IMG/VR virus record: IMGVR_UViG_3300031998_000009
Location: 134,525-198,524 of that record
DNA: 64,000 bases
Reading direction: 5' to 3' (one strand)
Source: a virus
Lineage: Duplodnaviria > Caudoviricetes
Part shown: positions 29,446-40,101 of the stretch, piece after piece
Layout: each line of letters begins with the position of its first letter
Numbering within the stretch: position 1 is the first letter of the stretch
Notes under the pieces: model-generated
Databases searched by the model: none
The model's input: the letters and a program-made list of their open reading frames with translations, nothing else
What the model was told of the DNA's origin: nothing
Translations under genes and position numbers: made by a program

Positions 29446-30561
29446 TTATTTACGGAACTTTCTTGCAGATTCACTCAGAACCTTACCAGTAACAGAGTAA
29501 GCATTTCTACTTTCCTTCATACCGGCATCTTTAGTCTTGAAGTTGTAGGTAAGAACGATAGGAGTGATTGTTTTACCTCTCATAGCACATTCAACAATAA
29601 ATGTGGCTCTATCATTCTTCATGGACTCTGTAAATGGTCCAAACTCCTTGAACTTAATAGTCATTCTCTTGTCAGTCTTGAAGTTTTCTGCAACAAACTT
29701 AATAGGTCTCTTGGAACCCTTTGTAGTAGTAACAACACCTTCAAGTGTAAGAGTATTCTTTCTAACGGAACCTTTTGTCATCTTAACAAACTTGACATTA
29801 GAATAGTTCTCTTTTGCAAAACGAGTAAGCATTCTGTTGAAGGTAACTTCGTCAAACTGGTAACCCTCGTCAACAGATCTTTTTGTAGAAATCTTTCTGG
29901 TCACACGGGAAGGAACAGAACGTCTAACGGATTCAGACTTTCTCTGAAGTGTACGTTTACGAGCTCTTCTAACAGACTCCTCGAAGTCTTCATCTTCTTC
30001 CTCAACGTCAACTTCCTCTTCGTCCTCGACTTCGACGTCGTCGTCTTCGTCCTTGACCTCTTCCTCGTCCTCGATGTCAACATCCGTAATGTCTTCCTCG
30101 TCCTCTTTGGAAAGTTCGTCGGTAGGAGTAATAACACCAACAACAATCTGGTCACCGGTCTCACCACAAACAGGACACTCCTGATCCTCGATTTCAACTT
30201 CTTCAGTGATATCAGAATCAGTAACATAGTTAGCACCACAAATAGAGCACTTGCAAACATGCTGTCCAACTAGATCTTCAGCAGCTTCAACAGCCTCTTC
30301 TGTATCTTCTGGAACCTCATCCATCTCTGGATCAATAACAAGAACAACATCATCCTCAGGTGTATAATCAACGGTAAGCTCTTCTGCTTCGTCACCCTCG
30401 GCTTCAAGGAACTTGGAAAGGGACTCGCACTTTACTTTGCTGAGTGGAATGCTAAATGGCTTTCTTTTTTTCGCTGTTCTCTTAACAGACTCTTTAACGG
30501 ACTGCTTATCTGCCTTGTGAAGCTCTTTATTAGTGAGTTCAAAAACATTTAAATCTGCCAT
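29446..30561 (-). CDS. Acidic prohead core-like protein with zinc ribbon
   Basis: CxCxxC/CxxC, long D/E tract, many x-x-E-S motifs (VKES, KCES, FEES, FTES, MKES, LSES). Confidence 0.5.
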   Translation of the reverse strand: MADLNVFELTNKELHKADKQSVKESVKRTAKKRKPFSIPLSKVKCESLSKFLEAEGDEAEELTVDYTPEDDVVLVIDPEMDEVPEDTEEAVEAAEDLVGQHVCKCSICGANYVTDSDITEEVEIEDQECPVCGETGDQIVVGVITPTDELSKEDEEDITDVDIEDEEEVKDEDDDVEVEDEEEVDVEEEDEDFEESVRRARKRTLQRKSESVRRSVPSRVTRKISTKRSVDEGYQFDEVTFNRMLTRFAKENYSNVKFVKMTKGSVRKNTLTLEGVVTTTKGSKRPIKFVAENFKTDKRMTIKFKEFGPFTESMKNDRATFIVECAMRGKTITPIVLTYNFKTKDAGMKESRNAYSVTGKVLSESARKFRK

Positions 30562-30587
30562 AGTAAAATCTTCCTTTCAATATAAAA

Positions 30588-31280
30588 TTAATCAATTGGG
30601 AAGGCCAGGTCTACATTTGTTTTTAAATACGTTTGTATCTCCTGGATTTCTGTATTAGCCTCGTTTAGTAATGTTTCACCATCGAGGTTGTACTGTGAAG
30701 AATTTAAAGTATATTTACTTCTAATTCTTCCTAAAACCTGCTTGGCATAAGCTGTAGCAAGTTTTAGTATAATATCAACCCAGAATACCTCGGTTATTTC
30801 CTCCACATCTTTATAATCCGGAATATACTGAATTGTTATCATATTGGTAAAGGGTGGATTCATCGTAACACTTAATTGCTTATTGTGTGCATCCCAAATA
30901 AAATCAAGATCTGTTGAAATAGTGTTTAATTGTTGTAGTAATAGCATTCTATCTGCATATGAATTAACATTTGTAATAGCAGTATATGTCTGATTAAGTC
31001 CAAAAACATCCAATGTATTCATAGACATACTATTGTATGAATAAGGTCTCATTACATTTATGACGCTATAAACATTCTTATCCTTTAGATCAACAGTGCC
31101 TCCAATACCATTAGCAGAAGCACCAAACGGTATTGTCATATACGCGGGTGTTGTGACATAAGTTTTTACTTCTCTAAAAGCCTTATTCACACATTTAGGA
31201 ATATCCTTTTCGATTTCAATGTCTAGTACTGTTCCACCCAAAGCAAATAGGATTTCATCTGTATATTCAGTAAGTGTCAT
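30588..31280 (-). CDS. Neck protein (gp13-like)
   Basis: ALG...LDIEI; WV....A.A.AK..LGRIRSKY......LDGETLLNEA..E. Confidence 0.8.
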   Translation of the reverse strand: MTLTEYTDEILFALGGTVLDIEIEKDIPKCVNKAFREVKTYVTTPAYMTIPFGASANGIGGTVDLKDKNVYSVINVMRPYSYNSMSMNTLDVFGLNQTYTAITNVNSYADRMLLLQQLNTISTDLDFIWDAHNKQLSVTMNPPFTNMITIQYIPDYKDVEEITEVFWVDIILKLATAYAKQVLGRIRSKYTLNSSQYNLDGETLLNEANTEIQEIQTYLKTNVDLAFPID

Positions 31281-31788
31281 AGAACACCACTTCCAATGAT
31301 AAGGTTGACTAAAGTTTTTACAGAAGCATTTTTCCTATAAGAAATGTTAAAATTATCACATAACTGACAGAGTTCTTCCTTACTCTTATTAAGTAGTTCT
31401 TCCTCTGTAAACTCAGGTTCAGATGTAGAAGTATCTGTTTGTGAAACAGGAACCTTTTCTTCTGTTTTTTCCTCTTTTACATATGTAATTTTAGCAATTT
31501 CTTGAACTATAGGAGAAAGTTCATTATCCACAATAGAAACATCTGTAGGTGTCTTATTTCCAGTATTTTGATTAGTATTTTTCAGCTTTTTAATATACTC
31601 ATCATCAATACTTATTTCTAACCCACATCTATTCAGAACATTGTTGTTTAAGTGTAGCCAGTAATTAATTTCTCTATCCTCTTGAGTATCAAGAATGTAG
31701 AATCCATTGGGTTCAATGTTGATCTGTTCACCGGTCAGTCTACAAATACAATGCTCGGCATTTCTTTTATTTAAGATTGCAATTTTCA
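31277..31788 (-). CDS. Hypothetical protein with C-terminal HeH/LEM-like helical motif
   Basis: LLNKSKEELCQLCDNFNISYRKNASVKTLVNLI. Confidence 0.5.
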
Positions 31789-31901
31789 TAATGAATAAAC
31801 CCTCCAAAATGTGTTTGTGAGTTAGGGCTGGAGGATGAACCCCAACTCACAACACAGTATCGAAACAAACTATTGTTTGCTTCAAGCACAGTTAATCACA
31901 A

Positions 31902-32228
31902 TCAGCCTGCATCATCAATAGGTGCACCTGTAACTTCAATAGTAGCACCCTCAAGAGTGAGTAGCTGATAGTAAACAGCTTCCTGGGTATTGTCTGTACC
32001 AATAGTAAGAGCTTTACCTGCTGGAAGTTTGCAGATCTGAGTTCTGTTATAGAGTGGAACAAAAATAGAACCATCAGTAATAGTAGCAGAATCAGAAATA
32101 TACTCTGTATAAGGAGTATCTGGAGTAGTAATACCAGTAGGACTAATGGTAACAAGACTGATAGTATCTTGAAGAACAAGTGGACTGGTATTAGTATTAG
32201 TAATGGTTACAGTGTAAGCAGTTGCCAT
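31902..32228 (-). CDS. Small T-rich protein after the capsid gene, possible head decoration protein
   Basis: Position and beta-rich composition only. Confidence 0.4.
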   Translation of the reverse strand: MATAYTVTITNTNTSPLVLQDTISLVTISPTGITTPDTPYTEYISDSATITDGSIFVPLYNRTQICKLPAGKALTIGTDNTQEAVYYQLLTLEGATIEVTGAPIDDAG

Positions 32229-32259
32229 AATAAATCTTTCCTTTCTATGTTATATTTAA

Positions 32260-32295
32260 GGGTACCGGGTTAGTGAATAATACCAACCCGGTACC
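32260..32295 (-). terminator. Hairpin after the capsid gene
   Basis: GGTACCGGGTT/AACCCGGTACC inverted repeat. Confidence 0.6.
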
Positions 32296-32316
32296 TGTTA
32301 AATTAAAGGGTTATAC

Positions 32317-32459
32317 TCAACCTGTAATTCTACCACGGAGGTACATCTTACCGTTGATCATCTTGCAGCCATAAGAGGTTGCATAACCTTGCTGTCCACG
32401 GAAGTCAGCAGGCATGAGGACGTCCGTGCTGAGAATAGGCATGTACGGAGCGTATACAA
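32317..32459 (-). CDS. Major capsid protein, exon 2
   Basis: After splicing reads (F)VYAPYMPILSTDVLMPADFRGQQGYATSYGCKMINGKMYLRGRITG*, matching the gp23 C-terminal YAPY...TRYG region. Confidence 0.93.
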
Positions 32460-32868
32460 CATTTACGTTTATACAGTTTGTAATAACTGTATATTACTCA
32501 CATCACTGTGAGGATCAGACTATATCATGAATTTAATAACTCTGTTACCAAGTTATTAAAAACCCTGGCACTTCCATTTAATAGACTTATGTAAAATTAA
32601 TATCATTTTACTGCTAACCTTAATAGGCTGTACTCTACTTGCTTCGTGTTACATCTTATGTAACCTTATTTTCAAACCACCTAATTATGTATTATTTATG
32701 TATTTCTACAAATGTGGTTGTTTAGCTTTCGATAGTCGTTGAACCTTCGTTAAATATTAAATTTAACGCTTGGCTGCTGATTGACTTATTTCTTTAATTA
32801 AGCTTTCCAGCAGTTCACCAGGTTTATACTGGACTTGTATTACGCTGCAACAGCATAATCATCTGTTA
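32460..32868 (-). mobile_element. Group I intron (409 nt, IA-like, no homing endonuclease ORF)
   Basis: P1: exon ACTGGAT pairs with IGS GTCCAGT, giving U.G at the 5' splice site. P10: ATACAA pairs with exon-2 TTGTAT. P GAACTGCTGGAAA, Q AATCAGCAGCC, R GTTCAACGACTA, S GATATAGTCTG; terminal G at 32460. Splicing restores a 1356-nt (451-aa) frame. Confidence 0.95.
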
Positions 32869-34081
32869 ATCCAGTTTCCAGGAAGTTAGTTCCCTTGTAA
32901 CCCATAACAAAGACATTAGGATCAATAGCAGGAACGATGTAGCACTTGTATCTACCACCAAGTGTACCAATGAAGTGAGGACCAACAGCATCACTAGAAC
33001 CGGTAGCATCAAAGTTTCTCATAACCTCAATAACAGCAGCAACATTAGAACCGCAAACAATGAAGTTTGGCTGAACTCTCTGTGTTGCGTTGAAGATCTG
33101 TTTTGCACCCTGAGTAAGAGTGATCCAGAAGCTGTCATAGTGATCAAGAGCATTAACACCAACTGGTGGAACCTTATTCCATGTAATCTCTGTACCGGCA
33201 GCAGCACCAGTAACGAGTTTACTCACAATTTCCGTATCAATTTCATGGGCAATCTCACCAGCTGCCTGTGCAGACATAACTTCAAGGATCTCAGCACCAT
33301 ACTGCTGTTTAAGATCGTATGCTGCGTCGAATCCCCAATATGCAGCGAGCTTTCTGGACTTTGCAAAGATTGGAATCTGTGCAAGGCTGAGATTGATTTC
33401 AGGAACCTTAAGATCCGGAACCTGCTCATTGTTGTACTCATAAGTAGCAGTGGAACCAGTAACAGCAGTGACACAAGTAAATGCACCAGTTGCATAGTTA
33501 ATAGTACCAACAGTAGCATTACCATTTGCAGGATTGATAATGTTTCCAGCACCGTCATCAGTATAAGTAGTTCCATCAGGAAGAACGACTGTTACGGTTT
33601 TTGGAAGAATTGGAACATACTCAAAGTTAATACCAGTCTCAACAGCCTCACCATCAATGACTCTTGCACTGTAATACGGATCAGAATGACCAGTATAAAG
33701 AGAGTTGTTAAACATAGTACCAGCAGTGGTCTGACCCTTATCAGAACCGTAAGAGAATCTTAAATAGGAAATCATACCTGCTTTAGACTCAAGAGCCTGA
33801 GTAGAAACAATATCAGGAGCAATAAGATTTGGAACAACAGCAGTCAGCATATCCATGAAGAAAGTCTTACTTGGAATGTTAGCACTGTTTGTAGCCTCAC
33901 AAATCATCTTGGTATTGTTAAGAGTAGTTGCAAGCGCAACTTTCTTTTCAAGAGTAAGTGTTTTACCCTGTGCCTTCTGAACAGCCTCAGCGGCACGAAT
34001 GTACTTTTCGTACATTTTAATTTTCGGAGTAGCTTTAGTAGCCATTTTGTTGATGGCATTTTCAACCATAAGATTGCTCAT
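32869..34081 (-). CDS. Major capsid protein (T4 gp23-like), exon 1
   Basis: PNLIA.DIV..Q, AKSRKL, E....EIDTEI, MGYKG motifs; probable delta-domain cleavage at ICE62|A. Confidence 0.95.
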
Positions 34082-34107
34082 ATTAATTACATTCCTTTCG
34101 TTTAAAA

Positions 34108-35826
34108 TTATAGAGATTTTTGTGTAGCAAGTAATAATCCCATTAGATTATCACTTTCAATATCACTTTCTGTTTTTGGTGTACTTTTAACACTTTCTAA
34201 CAGATAACCGTCTCCATAGGGTAAACCTTCGGAAGTAATTCCTAAACTATTCATATTATCAAGTTTTGTGCGATAGGATTCAACTAATGTTTCTATTTCC
34301 TTGGAAGTAGTTGTAGAAGTTAAAGATCCTTGGAACAGTTTAGGATCTAATCCATTTGCTTTACAAAGTTGTTTTAAATAACCTCTTTGTAGAGTTGTTA
34401 TGGATTCCGTCAGTTTCCTGTTAGCTGTTTCAAGTAAACCATTATCAGAACGTAGATTCGTTATGGTTTCTTTAAGTGAGGTAATAGTAGAATTACTGTT
34501 ATCCACTTTCTTACGAGCTTCTTCAAGTAACATAGAATAGTTATCAACCTCGGAATCCAAAGATGTTATTTCGGATTCATGTGTGGTTTCCATACTATTC
34601 AACTGTTCCTCTAAATAAGTTACTCGTTTATTGGATGCTTCTACAGATTCGGTAAGTTTGTCAATATCCTTGTCCTTTTTGGACATTCTAACTGTAATAC
34701 TTTCTTTAAGTTCCTCTAACTGTCTTGTAAGGTTCTTGTTATCGAGCTTTAACTGTTCGTTAGCTCTAGATAAACTACTTCTTTCCTTTTTAAGACTAAA
34801 CAAGGACTTTCTTGTATCAGAAAGTATTGATTCCGTGTCTAATAACTTCTTATTTGTTATGGACAAGTTAGTTTTTGCTTTACTTGAGAATCTCTTTAAT
34901 CTATCAACTTGGTCTTGTAAAGAACTTAATTGTTCCTTATATGTTGACATTGTTTCAAGATATCTGGATTCTCTGTGTTTATAAGCGGATACTTTCTTAC
35001 GAAGCTCTGTAATGCAGTGATATAGTTTTTTCTTATCTCTAATAGTATTAGCAGACTCTATAACACATTCAGCATCATGATTTTGTAACTCCTCTACCGT
35101 TGTGATAGTTTCACCAACATTTTGTAGACTATTACATCTATCTTCAATGGACTCAATAAGTGAATCCATATCAGAATCATTAAGTTTGGAAGTTCTAACA
35201 ACAGAACGGATAATGTTTAGATCCGCGACTGTTTCGGCTTCCTTTATCTGTGTTTCCACAGATTCTTTGAAGTTTTTAGCATTGATACGTTTCACAGACT
35301 CTGTTACTTTTTGTCTTGCTTTTTCTACTGCCGGAGTAGAAACAACATCAAAACAGGCAAAGTCATATGAATCTTCATCAACACATTCACCTTCGGAAGA
35401 CTCAACAATGTCTCCTTGTCCTCTACTGGACACACCAACAACACTACCGTAATCCAATATGCTTTTAAGTATTCTTCCTTTTGGAGTATCTAGGATATCA
35501 AAACCACCATAAATAAGACCCGCATCTTCATCTATACGATAATCTGTCATAACGACACACGCCTCAGAAATAAGTGGTTCAAATCTATCCTCTGGGTGAT
35601 CAAGTTCACCAAAAAGTGTTTTATTTTGTAGTGATTCTTTAAACAAACTATCACTAAATACTTTTTTCCAAAGACCTAATGGATATTTACGTCCATTTCT
35701 TGTTGGGTTTTTGAAATCAGCACAAACACCTTCTAGACGACCTAAACAACCCTTTTTAGTAACCTTACTTTCAGTAAGTTTAAGGGAATTCATTCTAGTT
35801 TCAATTAATACCTGCATATTGATCAC
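34108..35826 (-). CDS. Prohead protease (gp21-like) fused to a coiled-coil scaffold
   Basis: NGRKYP, GELDHP, GVSSRGQG, DVVSTPA; C-terminal coiled coil with more than 8 [LIVF]-x-E-S sites. Confidence 0.92.
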   Translation of the reverse strand: MINMQVLIETRMNSLKLTESKVTKKGCLGRLEGVCADFKNPTRNGRKYPLGLWKKVFSDSLFKESLQNKTLFGELDHPEDRFEPLISEACVVMTDYRIDEDAGLIYGGFDILDTPKGRILKSILDYGSVVGVSSRGQGDIVESSEGECVDEDSYDFACFDVVSTPAVEKARQKVTESVKRINAKNFKESVETQIKEAETVADLNIIRSVVRTSKLNDSDMDSLIESIEDRCNSLQNVGETITTVEELQNHDAECVIESANTIRDKKKLYHCITELRKKVSAYKHRESRYLETMSTYKEQLSSLQDQVDRLKRFSSKAKTNLSITNKKLLDTESILSDTRKSLFSLKKERSSLSRANEQLKLDNKNLTRQLEELKESITVRMSKKDKDIDKLTESVEASNKRVTYLEEQLNSMETTHESEITSLDSEVDNYSMLLEEARKKVDNSNSTITSLKETITNLRSDNGLLETANRKLTESITTLQRGYLKQLCKANGLDPKLFQGSLTSTTTSKEIETLVESYRTKLDNMNSLGITSEGLPYGDGYLLESVKSTPKTESDIESDNLMGLLLATQKSL

Positions 35827-35848
35827 CCCTTTCCATAAAGTATTAGAA

Positions 35849-36295
35849 TTAATCTAGTATGAGTTTTATATCATTTCTATTACTGTTTACGGCAGTAACG
35901 AGGCTTTCATAATTACCAGTAGCAAAATACTCACTTATACCAAAGGAAAGTTCTTTAAGACCCAAACATTCTATAAACTTATTTTGACCTTGTATGTCGT
36001 TCTCATACAAGTGTTCCATAGTTATCAAACCTTGAGTAATAATACTAGAGGCTATTTTCAGATATGTTTTTATTGGTTTTCCTTCGCAAGTGAGTATTTC
36101 TTTTATTATTTTATGTGCTTTATTATTAAGGTTTAAGTAAAAACGTACAACATCATTATCTTGTTCAATTAATTTGCGAACCACACATTTAGGAATATTA
36201 CCCGCAATAGCTTCCTTTACTTCTTCGGAGACATCTTCTCCAGAATTATGCAGTTCTTTTAGAATTGTAAAACAATCATGTTTTGAAATAAGCAT
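35849..36295 (-). CDS. Hypothetical head-module protein
   Basis: ORF with GGAGG RBS between portal and protease. Confidence 0.6.
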   Translation of the reverse strand: MLISKHDCFTILKELHNSGEDVSEEVKEAIAGNIPKCVVRKLIEQDNDVVRFYLNLNNKAHKIIKEILTCEGKPIKTYLKIASSIITQGLITMEHLYENDIQGQNKFIECLGLKELSFGISEYFATGNYESLVTAVNSNRNDIKLILD

Positions 36296-36320
36296 TTTAC
36301 TTTATAACCTCCGAAATTGT

Positions 36321-38090
36321 TTAAGCCTCAGGTGTCATCGTAGGTTCACTGATAGGCTCTGTTTCCATAGGTTCAGAACTAAATTCTGTTGTTTCCATGG
36401 AAGGACCTTGGTCGAAGGAACCAGGACCACCACTCATATTAACATCTACATCAAAGGAACTTCTTCCACTACCAGGACCCTCAAACGAATTATCCGTATC
36501 CTGAACAGCTTTATATTTCTTTAACAATGCACTAACATCAGAAAGATTTAAGTAGTTATCAAGTATCCATTCAACTACTTTAAGCATACCGTTCTCATTA
36601 ATTTTACCATCGATCATGTCAATAATAGAAGATGCCTGATCGAGGCGAGAGTTCATTTGCTCATCTCTTTCCGTATCCTCTATTGTAGCCGGAGATACCA
36701 TTTTTAATGTAAATTTATTTATATATTCTAAACCTTTGTCTAAAAATAACAAATTTAGTAGGTTTGTGATACCAGAAATAAAGGCATTTTGTATACGCAT
36801 TACAGTATGAGCATATCTTGAACTTAATTTAGTTAAAGAAGTACCGTTACCTAAACCTTCAGGAGCGTCGTAATTTAAGAATTGTTTTGGTATTTTTAAA
36901 GCTGAAAGTTTCTTATTATTAAAGTAATCTACATCTACGATGTCCTTAATATTTACATCTCCACCTAGGTTTGTAGATGTAATTACACCTTTACCTTCCT
37001 TGGTGGGTATGTATACAACATTCTCTATTGGACCTGGAGAATTATAAGATGCCACAACACCGTTTTGTTTATTCAGTGCCATTTTCTGTTCAATCATGTT
37101 TTTGATTCTTCTTAATAGTGCTTCTACTTCGGGCTTAGGCATATTACCTACTTCTATCTGAAGAATTCTAACAAGAGCCGATTTTGTAACTCTATTAAGC
37201 ATTAAACTATTTTCTAGTAGTTCTACTGTTTTAGTAGCTTCGTAAGCGTCTGCAAGAATAGATTTACCTGTCTTTACTTTGTATACCTGAACAGATCCGT
37301 CTTTAGAATTCGTTAATGCTAACAGTTCCGGATGTCTGTCAATATTACCCGATAGACAAATATGAATAAAACTTGTTCTATCATAAATGTTTACATCGGA
37401 TAGTTCTACTGTATTATTCATAAATGAATGGTATAGGGAAGATGTAGTATCCATATTATTATCTGTATTTAACATTCTTACAAATCCTGATGTTTTATCA
37501 CGAACTTGTAAATCGTACATTGTAGCTGGATCATCTACATATTCTACATATTCATCTATTTTTCTGGATTTATCAATAGGTTTTACTCTTATGGCAGTAG
37601 CACCTGATTTATAGGAGGAATAAAGTTCATTATAATCTGAACTGTCACCGTTTCTATATAGTCTTAAATAAACATCACCGAATGCTACTAATGCATAAAT
37701 CCAAGACCAGGCATTCTCGTTAATTTTTAAAACACTGAGTAGTCTATTTGCTGCTTTTTCGATATCCTTATCATCAGATTCTGCCCATATGATTTTTCCT
37801 GTTCTATAATTATACTGTGTAGCATCATCAGCGTACATTTCAACAGCAGCAGCAATAGTGGCGTCTTTAAGTATGTTTTCAAATTCGTCGTATCTTTGTT
37901 GTCTGTCCGAAGAAAGAGTTCTAAATTTGTTTATGGCTTCTACATCAATTAAAGAACCCGGTTCTGTATTATGAATCTGTCTATTAGCTAAATCCTCATT
38001 GTCTTTAGTAATATTCATACCATCGTATTCGTTATCTAATGGTTTCACCTTTATACGAAAAGCATCCTCAAAAAATTGTCTAATACCCAC
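36321..38090 (-). CDS. Portal protein (T4 gp20-like)
   Basis: FGDVYL, GKSIL, LLENSLML.R, IEVGNMP, DIVDVDYF..K...ALKIPK. Start set at GTG 38090 after AAGGAGG. Confidence 0.92.
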   Translation of the reverse strand: MGIRQFFEDAFRIKVKPLDNEYDGMNITKDNEDLANRQIHNTEPGSLIDVEAINKFRTLSSDRQQRYDEFENILKDATIAAAVEMYADDATQYNYRTGKIIWAESDDKDIEKAANRLLSVLKINENAWSWIYALVAFGDVYLRLYRNGDSSDYNELYSSYKSGATAIRVKPIDKSRKIDEYVEYVDDPATMYDLQVRDKTSGFVRMLNTDNNMDTTSSLYHSFMNNTVELSDVNIYDRTSFIHICLSGNIDRHPELLALTNSKDGSVQVYKVKTGKSILADAYEATKTVELLENSLMLNRVTKSALVRILQIEVGNMPKPEVEALLRRIKNMIEQKMALNKQNGVVASYNSPGPIENVVYIPTKEGKGVITSTNLGGDVNIKDIVDVDYFNNKKLSALKIPKQFLNYDAPEGLGNGTSLTKLSSRYAHTVMRIQNAFISGITNLLNLLFLDKGLEYINKFTLKMVSPATIEDTERDEQMNSRLDQASSIIDMIDGKINENGMLKVVEWILDNYLNLSDVSALLKKYKAVQDTDNSFEGPGSGRSSFDVDVNMSGGPGSFDQGPSMETTEFSSEPMETEPISEPTMTPEA

Positions 38091-38109
38091 TGTAAAACCT
38101 CCTTTTATA

Positions 38110-40101
38110 TTACCAAGAAATAACATTTGGATCGTTATACCCACCTAGTGATCCAAATAAGTCGTTTAATTTATCCTCAGCTTGTTTAGATTGCTGGTAT
38201 TTCATAGAATTTTCCATATCGCTTATAAATTCCTGTTCTGCTGTCATTTCGTCATTTACTTCTATAGCGGATGATAATAATTGTAGGCTGTCTACCAATT
38301 CTTGTTTGTGAAGTGTAGCATTGTATAAGGCACCTGCTAAAGAATCCGACATATCTTTCGAACCGCCATCGGGGTGATCAAGTTTACCTGTCTGAACATC
38401 TCTTTGTAACTGTACTAGCTCTGTTTCTAATAAATCTATATGTAACAAAGAAAGTCTTTGATCATTCATAGCAGATCGTAATGTCAGATAACCTTGTGGA
38501 GATTTATCTAGGGATATGATAGTAGCATCATAACCCTGTGCAATAAGTAACTGTCTTGTATCCGCAGACTGATAACCGTCCAACGAGACTCCTACAATGT
38601 TAAAGCCAACCGATCTTAAATAATAAATAAACTGTCTTGTTTTTTCAAACGATATTTCAGAACCCTGTGGTGCCTTTATGTCAACGGTAAATATGTGTTT
38701 ATATGTCATTTCAGAAACAACACTTTCATTGGTTCCGTCGTATAATTGTATTTCTTTAAGACCTGAAGCACCTACATCTGTTATACCTGCCTTGTCACCT
38801 GTTAAAGCAGCGTCTATGTGAATAAACTGTGGCATGGATCTTACTGAATAAGGTATTTTATCCAATTCGAAAAAATCTTGAATTTTTAGTTCATCATACA
38901 TTCCAATAGTTAAAATATCAGTCACAAATGGATTCTTATAATTAGAATTATAACATTTGGAGAACATATCATAATTGAAGAAGGAGACTGTACCTACAAC
39001 AGAGATACCTGCAAGATCCATCAGGGCTGCATTTATGTCTATGGAGAAGTCATGTCTAAAATTAAGCGGAACCTCTAATATTCTATATCCTTGTTTTATA
39101 AGTGCTTGTTTTTCTTCTTCCGTGGTCTCTTCCGGTAGCATTCGTGATTTTAAGGATCTGTTACCGACAGCGACCGGAAAGGTTTTACTATTGAAGGTTC
39201 CTTTTGGTTTAATGACCCATTGTGGTTCATCAACCACCATCATTTTATCCGAATCTTTTCCTCTCTTTACTTCAGCAACATAACTTTCTAGAAAGTCGTG
39301 TTCTGATTTCTTGGAGGAAACTAGGAATAATTTTCCATATTGCACGTTATTCTTAATAAAACGTGAATTAATACGGGTTTTTATAGTTCTGTACGCTGCC
39401 ATTATTTTATTAGATTGATCTAATGCCGATACACCTTTAGAACCTTGTTTGAAATCAACCTCGTCCATGAATGCACAATATATTTGTTGTCCTAATGCGT
39501 GTTCGCCTTTAGATCCAAATGTAATAGCAATATTATGTGGAGGATTGTATCTTAGATTTTTAGTACCACTAACAGTTCCTCTTTGCATAAACCAAGGACT
39601 AGCTAGTAGATATTCGTGCATGGTAGAATAACCTACACCTTCTGCTAGTGTAAGAGTAATATTTAGGAAGAATATTGTTATTTTGTCACCTTCGAGGAAG
39701 TTATAATATTTTTGTGGATTCTTAAGACACATTAGTTTATATAATAAATAACATAAACAAACAACAGCAGTTCTTGTTTTACCTACACCAATAGCACCTG
39801 TTAGAACTATTTCCTCGTAACCTAATGAAGGATCAAATATTTCTCTATACTTTTGTCTCCAATAAGGATAAATAAGAGTACCTTCACCTGTAGAATTTCC
39901 TAGATAGTATGGATTACAAATGAATTCATCGATAGATACTGGAATTTCTGTATAGTCTACTTCCCACAATTCTTTCAATGTTGTTGAACTTCCACACTCT
40001 TTATATTCCGTTAAAATTTTAAGGATAAGTTCCTTATTCTCCGGTGAAAGTTTAGCGAACTCATCCTTACTCATGTCTTTTATTTGATCCCATGTAAACA
40101 T
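38110..40101 (-). CDS. terL: Terminase large subunit
   Basis: Walker A GAIGVGKT, Walker B FMDEVD, nuclease IHIDAALTGD, DGYQS, DHP..GSKDMSD. Confidence 0.95.
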   Translation of the reverse strand: MFTWDQIKDMSKDEFAKLSPENKELILKILTEYKECGSSTTLKELWEVDYTEIPVSIDEFICNPYYLGNSTGEGTLIYPYWRQKYREIFDPSLGYEEIVLTGAIGVGKTRTAVVCLCYLLYKLMCLKNPQKYYNFLEGDKITIFFLNITLTLAEGVGYSTMHEYLLASPWFMQRGTVSGTKNLRYNPPHNIAITFGSKGEHALGQQIYCAFMDEVDFKQGSKGVSALDQSNKIMAAYRTIKTRINSRFIKNNVQYGKLFLVSSKKSEHDFLESYVAEVKRGKDSDKMMVVDEPQWVIKPKGTFNSKTFPVAVGNRSLKSRMLPEETTEEEKQALIKQGYRILEVPLNFRHDFSIDINAALMDLAGISVVGTVSFFNYDMFSKCYNSNYKNPFVTDILTIGMYDELKIQDFFELDKIPYSVRSMPQFIHIDAALTGDKAGITDVGASGLKEIQLYDGTNESVVSEMTYKHIFTVDIKAPQGSEISFEKTRQFIYYLRSVGFNIVGVSLDGYQSADTRQLLIAQGYDATIISLDKSPQGYLTLRSAMNDQRLSLLHIDLLETELVQLQRDVQTGKLDHPDGGSKDMSDSLAGALYNATLHKQELVDSLQLLSSAIEVNDEMTAEQEFISDMENSMKYQQSKQAEDKLNDLFGSLGGYNDPNVISW

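Noticed and set aside
32460-32840. Intron-encoded homing endonuclease
   Set aside because: The intron is only 409 nt and contains no ORF of suitable size.
32460-32868. Phage tmRNA gene explaining the DDYAVAA tag
   Set aside because: No tRNA-like ends are visible; the surrounding sequence is fully accounted for by group I intron elements.
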